From Octopus vulgaris (taxonomy: Eukaryota), in assembly GCA_951406725.2 (NCBI GenBank), contig OX597815.1:127224001-127288000 (forward strand): a stretch of DNA of 64,000 nt. Direction: 5' to 3'. A program made the translations under genes and the position numbers. The notes beneath the pieces are model-generated. The model worked only from the letters and a program-made list of their open reading frames with translations, made no database searches and was not told where the DNA came from. Each line of letters starts with the position of its first letter. The stretch's first letter is position 1. Below are positions 55,709 to 64,000 of this stretch, in pieces.

Positions 55709-55952
55709 TTATACTTCAGTAGCTTCAACATCTGATTCATGATCTGAATTACCATAAAGAACTGTAGAATCATTGTTTATCTTGTTCATTTCTGCATCAC
55801 GTTCTTTGATAACACTGTCCAAATCTGATTTGGAGTTGTCTGCTGGTATTGAATATGTTGTGTCATCATCAAAGTTGTAAAGAGTTTTTGGTGCAGCGTT
55901 GATATTTTTATGATACATACCATCAAAATCATTGTTAATGTCAGAGTTCAAA
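55709..55952 (-). CDS. Gene B terminal coding exon: (S)LNSDINNDFDGMY...HESDVEATEV*
   Basis: tattatag acceptor; phase 2 matches exon 63258..63323; acidic tail ending in class I PDZ-binding motif T-E-V. Confidence 0.78.
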
Positions 55953-56032
55953 CTATAATAATACAAGAAACAAGATGAAAATATGTTAATAAATTAAAAC
56001 CACAGATGTCATATTTCTCAAACACACACACA

Positions 56033-56069
<37 letters not shown>

Positions 56070-56125
56070 CAGAATGATGTAAAAATCCAAGGCTGTGAAT
56101 AGTTTTCAAAACATTTATAAAGAGG

Positions 56126-56171
56126 TCTTACAGCTGTTTCCAGGATATTTTATATATCTCTTTATCAGAGA
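56126..56171 (-). ncRNA. Degenerate hammerhead motif (G8A)
   Basis: ucu-CUGAUAA-..gauau auaaa auauc..-GAAA-cagcug-UA-aga. Confidence 0.5.
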
Positions 56172-56769
56172 TGGTGCAAGAAAATGTTTGAGTATTAATT
56201 ATTGTAGATAAGATATGAAATACAGAGGGAAGTGAAGGAATGAAAATAGAAGTGTGATACGTAAGGATATTGTACTTGCAGTTCCATCATTTAAGCAGAA
56301 TGGTGTATATATACGTTTCCTGTACCCCATGTGAGTTCCAATAATGTTTATATTTGGTCATTCCAAGCATAGAGTCTTGTAAACTGTGTTATTCGTTCGA
56401 GGGTTTTTTGGAGTGACTTAGAAATTGGGAATGAGTTTGTAAGGTCAAATCAAAAACAGGAAGAGAACTGGAGGTAAAAGAAAAGAAGGGGGTGGGAGAT
56501 ACAACAAATAAGTGAAGAAAGAGGTGTGTTAGCTAGTGGTCAGGATAAAATGTTAGAAGGGAGAAGTGAGGGGGAGAAACAGGAAGAGATGAGAGGGTAA
56601 AGAGTAAAAATGTGTGAGGTATGTGAACAGGAGTGGTGTGATAGAGCTACATTAAGGGATGGATATAGAAAATGTAGAGAGAAAGTAAGGGGGTAGGGTG
56701 ATGTGTAAGTGGGAATTAGTTTTGGTAATAAAATTGAGATGGAATGAAGAATATAAATAATGAAGAATA

Positions 56770-58037
56770 TACGAGGCGTTCAATAAGTAATGCCCCTGAC
56801 CCAGTTCCCATAGCAGTAGAGCAACGAAACTTGGCACAGTTATTAGTCTTTTTCTACATAGGAACCACCCAGAGTTACGCATTTCTCCCATCGTTTGATG
56901 CAGCTCTGGAGACCGTTTTTGTAGAATACCCCAGCTTGGTCCTCCAACCACGACGTGACTTCAGAAATCAAGGCTACATCATCTGGGAAACGCTTTCCTT
57001 TCAAAAACTTCATGGCTGAGAAGAGGTGAAAATCAGAGGGTGCAAGGTCAGGAGAGTAGGGGGGATGGGGAGGAGTTCATAGCCGCACGTCTGTGCTTCT
57101 GATCTGGCGACACACCAGAGCGTTGTCCTGCAGGAGGAGGATGCCTTTGCTGATCTTGCCCCACCTCTTGATTTTGATAGCTTCTCTTAATTTCTTCAAA
57201 AGTGAAGCATAATAGGCTCCTATAATTGTGGTACCCTTTGCCAGGAAATCTGTCATCACTACTCCGTCCTGGTCCCAGAAGACTGTGAGCATGACCTTGC
57301 CAGTGAAGGGCTGCACCCTTGCCTTCTTTGGAGGTGGTGAGTCACGGTGCTTCCACTGCATTGACTGGGCTTTGGTCTCTGAATCATAGCGATGGACCCA
57401 GGTTTCATCCTGTGTAATCAGTCTTTTGAAAAATTTTGACTCATCTTCTTGGCACATCTCCAAATTCATCCTCGAACACTCGACGCGTTCTTGCTTCTGG
57501 AAAGGTGTGAGCAACCTGGGAATCCATCTGGCAGACACCTTTTGCATATGCAAATGGTCATGAATGATAGTTTCCACAGACGCGGTACTAATCTTGACCT
57601 CATGGGCTATTTGGCGAATAGTTATGCGTCGATCCTCCAAAATGGCAGCCTCAACTTGACGGACAGATGCCTCATCAAGGGCAGAAGGGGGCGACCAGAT
57701 CTGGGAGCTGTTTCCACAGAGTTCCGACCATGTTTAAATTCACGATGCCAGCGTTTTACAAGGTCATATGATGGGGCATCATCACCATAAGTTACTTTCA
57801 TTTCATCGAAAGTCTCCCATGGTGTGCGTCCTTTCAAATACAAAAACCGGATCACTGCTCGACACTCAACTGGCTCCATTTCACACTTGACTCTGTTCAA
57901 ACACCTGTAAATCAGAAACTACAATTAGTTCAGAGCTGTAATTTGCCACTTAATCTATAGAGATATTAATAATTGCACATGCAAAATCAACCAACTGCAA
58001 GTGGATCAGGAGCATTACTTATTGAACGTCCCTCGTA
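56770..58037 (-). mobile_element. Mariner (irritans/Hsmar2-like) transposon, relatively young
   Basis: TA-flanked TIRs cgagg.cgttcaataagtaatgc.cctga; [32 protein letters not shown]; frameshifts near 57640 and 57100. Confidence 0.94.
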
Positions 58038-58407
58038 AGTCAAGTTGCTATAAATAGACATTTCTGATAGGTGAGGAGGAAAAGGAAGAAAGAATTTATA
58101 TCTTTCAAGATATACACACATACGTATCCACACATATATATAGACATATACATACATTAACAAATATATACGCATACAAACTCTTCACACACATTCATGC
58201 ATATACACACTCATTCATATCTATTTTGAATATATAAATTCTTGCATATATAAATGCATGCATGCAGACTCACACACGTGTATAATTGTATGTAAGTGTA
58301 TATGCACACATGCACACACATGGGTGGGCATGTGTACATATATAGGTCTACACATACTCACACTTACATAAAATATATTCATATATACTCACATGTACCT
58401 ATAATGG

Positions 58408-58560
58408 TGTGGTTGGCGTTAGGAAGGGCATCCAGCTGTAGAAACACTGCCAGATCAGACTGAAGCCTGGTGCAGCCTCCTGGCTTCCCAGACCCCGGTT
58501 GAACTGTCCAACCCATGTTAGCATGGGAAATGGACGATAAACGATGATGATGATGATGAT
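58408..58560 (+). mobile_element. RTE-type 3' tail
   Basis: gtggttggcgttaggaagggcatccagctgtag..(GAT)n. Confidence 0.8.
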
Positions 58561-58759
58561 GCATACATACACATATATATACACACATACATACACATAC
58601 ATATAGACATACACATATATACATACATACACACCTACATACATACATACACACATATAAATACATCCATACATACATACATATACATACATACATACAT
58701 ACATACATACATACATACATACATACATACATACATGCATGCATACATAAATATACTTA

Positions 58760-60324
58760 TATAACTAAATGACTGTGATCCTCAGGTAAGAAATGGGGGT
58801 TAGATAAGGATTAGAAATTAAAATGGAGACTTATATGTTTGTTAAGGATTACCTATGGGGTATTGTGGAAATATACTGTGTGGTTATATAGGCTTTTGGA
58901 TTTGTGGTAGAATTTGAATGTATGAAAAAAGCAATGGTTTCATGTGTTTAGGGCCTTATTATGTTTATCTAGTAGTGTTGAAGAGTTGTGCTCTAATATG
59001 TGAAGTGCCTCCTTTAGGCATAACTTGCAGGTTAAGTGTTGACCTTGGTAAGGAAGCCCTGAATCTAATATGGACCATGACAAAGTATGGGTATATTTGT
59101 ATTTTTGAGATGATGTATGTGACTGGTGAGTGTTGTAGATTTCCTATGTTTATCATATCTAAAAGAATGGAGGGGAGCGGCATATAGTTGTTTAAAATTT
59201 ATGGTTGATTCTATGTATATGGTTGTAGAATTAAGTAATAGGTTAAGGACAGTGCATTTGTAAATTACATTATATCTTTTACAATGGGCTTACAAAGGGC
59301 AGATGGCCTCAGGATGGCAGTTACAAGTGGATGAAATTTGAAGATTGCTTTCAGGAATGGAGGCGGTAACATTGTCAGAGGAGAGGTTAGAGAAGTGGGT
59401 AGAAAGGTCTAAACTATTAGTATTATTAATGCTATTATTACTATTATTGTTATTACTACTACTATTGTTATTAAATGCACTATTTGTAAGAATGTTAGAG
59501 GTTGTGGTGGTGTTCTGGGTAGTGTCAGTAGGATAGGTTGGGTTGGGTTTCCATGCTGGAGCTGTGTGTGTGTTGAGCATTCGTGTAACTAGAATTATAA
59601 TTATGTGAGTTTTGAAAGTAGAGAGAAAGTTTTTGTTTATTAGAGGCTGCTATGATAGATTTGTAGTTGGGTGGGGCAGAATAGGATAGTTTCAAGGTGG
59701 ATCTATTAAAGATAGAATAATATTTATGTTGATGAGGGAAGTTGGAGTCTAGTATTTTAAAGAAGGATTTAGCAAAGTTCTTAACATTATGTGAGAAGGT
59801 GGATGTGTACCACAGAATAGATCATCCGTCACATTTTAGGAGTAGTACTATCTAGGTTTTTGGAGGATGGAAGGGGGTGGCAAGGCCTGTTGTTGCTAGC
59901 TGTTCTAGTTTTTGACCTAGTGTTAAATGTATGTGTGGGGGTCCAGGTTGTCTAGGTGTGAGATCTTCCAGGGGCTTCTATCAAAGTGTATGTGTGATCA
60001 GTTGTGATTGTGATGGTTGGTGTGTCTTTGTGATGTGATATGAGATATATATTGTTTGAGCCTGGTGTTATAGATGGATTTTATTTGTTGGGAGAGGCTG
60101 CTAGCAGTGAGTGCTTGATTATAATATGGTGTGTGGTTATTGAAAATTTCCCCAGTGAAAGAGAGGTCAGATATACGAGTCGAGATACCCTTGATTATGT
60201 TATCAAAAGGGGATTTGTGGTGATTGGAATGAATGTTTAGGTATTTAAGATATTAGTTAGGTATGTCATAAGGGGAGTATTGGGAGGTTGATATGCTTAG
60301 AGTTACATCTAAAAAGTTAGATGT

Positions 60325-60356
<32 letters not shown>

Positions 60357-61960
60357 TGTATGTATGTATGTATGTATGTATGCATGCATGCATGCATGTA
60401 TGTATGATGTATGTATGTATGTATGTATGCATGCATGCATGCATGTATGTATGTAAGTATGTATGTACATATCTATGTATGTATGTATGTTCCACACTGA
60501 ATTTATTACTACAAGAAGAAGGCTGCAAAATGGCCATAACCATAAGGATGTGAAGTGGTTAAGTAAATATATTTATTGCATATTCCCTGACTTTTTAAGG
60601 TATATATATATCTGAAGTGTACAGTATTATATATTCATCATGGCTAATCATACCAGGGGTACAACATAGTGTTAAGTAACAATCCAATCATATAACCTCC
60701 GCTCATCAGAGGTAGCCAATATGAAATGAAACATGGCAACTACTCTCTATTGTTGGAGGTAAAAGGACACACCCATTTTGCAGTTGTGAAAATATGATGA
60801 AACGAACCAGGTAGGGGGATTTAGTCAAGAGTTATGTCCCTTGATACCAAGACATTTTCACGGGGCTGGTTAGGTTGTATAAATTGGTAAGAGTTATCAT
60901 GAAGTGTTTGTGGGAATTATGTGTGTCTTTCAGGTTTGTTTTCTTGTAGGAATGGGATATGTGTAGTGGTACTGTTTGTATAACTTTTGCAAGGAGTGTA
61001 GGCATTCATTACTGTGTTTGCTAATGTGGTTTCTTTCAGTATTGGATAAGATCATGGGGGCTTTATGTGTGTATGCAGTGAATGTAGGAGTACAATGCAA
61101 GTGTGTGTGTGAGTTTATATTGGAGGTTGTGGAAAACAGGCTATTTGGTAGGTGTGTACAATACTGGAGCATGCGTGTTTGTATGTGGATGTATTGGTGA
61201 GTGAGTATGTAGGTGCATTGGTGAATGCTCTGGTCAAACTCTTTGCCGGACTCCAGAGTATTGGTGGAGAGCTGAGGCTGAGGACTGGTGGTTGTAGTCA
61301 TGATGGGGCATGCAGGAATGATAGGATGTACTTTCTTTCATGAGGGCAAGGATTTAAATACTTCACTCCTGCTATTGAGGTAAAAGCCTGTGTGCTGGAT
61401 GCTCTTTAAAATTGCTCTTTTCTCAGTTTGGCATAACCTGCACATCCTGCTGCTATTGAAGTATGGTTTACATTTCTCTAGGATCTTCCACTTTGTTGTA
61501 CTTTGTCGTACTTACTTTCAAAGATTAAACAGACCTGACCAGGGTTGTTCTGTTGTGGTGTGTCTCTCCAGGATGTTAAAGTAGGACTTGTGGTTGTTAA
61601 AGCAGGTTCTGAAGTGGCCTTCAGTTGCTCCTACATACTCTCACATGTCTAGTTGCCCACTTGGTCCTATAGCAGTTTCTTCCATGTTACAGTGGCCATT
61701 CTGAGGAAATGCTGTGCTCCCCCTACATGTGTATCCTGCCTCTGTCTCAGGCATGGGCCTACTTACAAAAATCTTTTTTACACTAGGTGCACAGCTAAAG
61801 GAAATTTTCAAGGTATGCCTATTGAATATTTTGCTGAATTAATTTGTATGGGGGAAGTATTCATCAACTAAGCTAAGAAAAATCTTACCTACTTGGGTTT
61901 TAAAATTTATAGAAAAGGGCAGTGTGAACCACAATACTTTCTGGTGCCACTTTCACTTGG
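58760..61960 (-). mobile_element. Decayed Penelope-like sequences (Nematis-like), at least two fragments
   Basis: NFLDVTLSISTSQYSPY at ~60320; EYVGATEGHFRTCF and IGIP*KF near 61600..61950; strong strand skew; heavily mutated. Confidence 0.6.
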
Positions 61961-62159
61961 AGGGGTTAGGTTCTGGTGTGTAATTAATTCTATCCTTGAA
62001 ACTGCTCGCAACCAGTGCCTCATTGTAGTGCAGGGTGGCAGCATCAAAAATCTCTTTGCTTGAAGATAAGCTGGAGATTCTTCTGCTGTCACTCTTTACC
62101 AAGTTCTAGCAGAAGGATCTCCAGACCCAACAAGACAGACGCCTTCCAAATAGACTGTT

Positions 62160-62700
62160 TTCCATCACCTCCAATATAAAGGCCCACACACATATTGTAC
62201 CCTTACACACGTGCATACATGCATAAAGCCCCCACAATCTTAATTAATACAGAAGGAAAACACTCTAGCAAACATAGTAATGAATGCCTACACTCCTTGC
62301 AAAAGTTATACAAACAGTACCACTACACATATCCCATTTTCACAAGAAAATAAATCTGAAAGACACACACAATTTCCACAAACACTTCATGATAACTCTT
62401 TCTGACTTACAGCATAATCAATCCAGTGGCAATGTCTCGGTATCAAGGGACATAACTCTTGACTAAATCCCCTACTTTGTTCGTTTCATCAAATTTTAAC
62501 AACAATTGCAAACTGGATGTCTTTTCACCTCCAACAATAGAGAACAGTTGCCATATTTCATTACATATCGGCTACCTCTGGTGAGCACAGGGTTATATGA
62601 TTGGATTGTTACCTCTCTACTATACCCCTGGTGTGAAACCAATTGGTAAGATCAGCCATGATGGTTATATAATACTGTACACTTTGGATAATATAACCAC
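62160..62700 (+). repeat. Diverged inverted copy of 60610..61100 (PLE pseudo-LTR)
   Basis: gaatgcctacactccttgcaaaagttatacaaacagtaccactacacatatccc is the reverse complement of 60955..61008. Confidence 0.88.
62570..62657 (+). ncRNA. Hammerhead motif in inverted pseudo-LTR (A6G variant)
   Basis: ggcu..cu-CUGGUGA-gcacagggu..accccuggugu-GAAA-ccaauugg-UA-ag..agcc; the sister copy near 60705 keeps CUGAUGA but has lost GAAA/stem III. Confidence 0.62.
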
Positions 62701-62810
62701 TCAGTTGACAGATATACAAGTGCATCTTTTCTCTGACTTATGGACTTTTAGATAACTTATGCACATGTATACATACATATATATATATATATATACAGAT
62801 GAATATATGC

Positions 62811-62848
<38 letters not shown>

Positions 62849-63257
62849 CGCACACATATATATCAATCAGTATAAGATAGGCTTCCCTACAGTTTCCACC
62901 AATCTGATATCACTCACAAGGCATTGGTCAACCTGTGACAGTAGTAGAAGACACTTGCCAAAAGTATCATCCAGCAGGATCAGCCCTAAAAGCACATGGT
63001 AGCAAAGCAATCACACAGCTACTTCTGTACTCGTTGCTGATTGATATAATCTAGTATGCTATTACTTGTTTTATTGGCTCTAGAAAGAAGGAAATTAACT
63101 TTACCTTAGTGATATTTGAACTCAAAACACTGAGATATTAATTTAGTTCCAATAAAACATTCAGCTTCCATTTGTTTTTACCCTTTATCTCATGATAAAT
63201 AATAGCAAACATTTTGAAACAAACTTTTCATTTTAAAATCTGTTTTGTAAAACATAC

Positions 63258-63323
63258 CTCCCTTTCTCTGGTAAGGGACCACCCATGTCCTTTTCATCCA
63301 AATTGTTGTATAATGGATTAATC
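63258..63323 (-). CDS. Gene B penultimate exon: INPLYNNLDEKDMGGPLPEKG(S)
   Basis: atttttcag acceptor and gtatgt donor; 66 nt, phase 2/2; NPxY motif. Confidence 0.8.
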
Positions 63324-63830
63324 CTGAAAAATATTTATAGAAGACACAAATACATTTTTGGAAGAAAAAGTCCATGGGTTATTGATAAACTAATATGTTT
63401 TTTCAGTTTTACTTCACAAAAGATATATAAAAGAATTTCTGAGAAAATTCTTCTTCCTCTTATGTCACTGGCAGTGTAACCATATATTTTTACATTATTG
63501 ATGGCATAAACAATGTAAACCTATAAAACTTTTCTATTTGGATAATACAAAATTAATGATATGCACCTTGAAATGGAGTTTCAAGTATTGAACAGTTACT
63601 TTTTCTCTGCTAGCTTAGAAATTAGTAGATGTATAAGACAGAAGTTTTACCCCAAAACACACACCTTAATAAACAACAAATTGCAAGTAAATATTCTATC
63701 TGCTTTGAATATTCTTTGGATCCTTCTATTGTGGAATGAATTATTATGAAATCAGGACTTCTAAATGCAGACACTGATGCATGAATAGATAATTTACAGT
63801 TGGATGCTTTTCTATTGATAAGTACTCAAC

Positions 63831-63889
63831 AGTGAAAGAGCGTTGGAACCTGTTACAAAGTTATGCTTTCTAAAAGGGACATCTAATTG
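63831..63889 (-). CDS. Possible gene B exon: QLDVPFRKHNFVTGSNALS(L)
   Basis: ctgttgtag acceptor; phase 2 end fits the next exon; GSN precedes NPLY as in some cadherin tails; donor gttgag is weak. Confidence 0.35.
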
Positions 63890-64000
63890 CTACAACAGAT
63901 TTTGAGCAGACCTACAAACAGAAAGTTTGTTTTGGTAAAATAAATTATTAGAGTATCGGAATATACTACACACAAGCTTGGAATGCACTGCAAAATTGCA

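Noticed and set aside
59290-59580. Asn/Thr/Ser-rich 96-aa ORF as a host exon
   Set aside because: Low complexity, lies within strand-skewed decayed PLE sequence, and gene B exons join in phase without it

Overview
This is AT-rich, repeat-dense animal DNA. The tRNA-derived SINEs, RTE tails and microsatellite style look like an octopus/cephalopod genome (inference). Two spliced host genes lie on the - strand. One is the 5' half of a cadherin-repeat protein: signal peptide plus first cadherin repeat, in five exons between 29086 and 12108. The other is the last exons of an upstream gene with an acidic NPxY-containing tail ending in -TEV (63323..55709), possibly a tandem cadherin paralogue. The rest is transposon-derived: R4/Dong-type LINEs stacked in (TAA)n, RTE LINEs, SINEs, three mariners with TIRs, a solo LTR with a 4-bp TSD, a non-autonomous Helitron, and several Penelope-like elements (PLEs) with fold-back ends. 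The stand-out is a near-identical 5 x 446-bp tandem array (47703..49912). Each unit carries a type I hammerhead ribozyme fold on the - strand, making it a candidate retrozyme that would self-process to 446-nt monomers or circular RNAs. Seven more hammerhead-like motifs of different sequence occur in the window, including one with a G3-C8 swapped catalytic core. All folds were read by eye; none was computed or tested.
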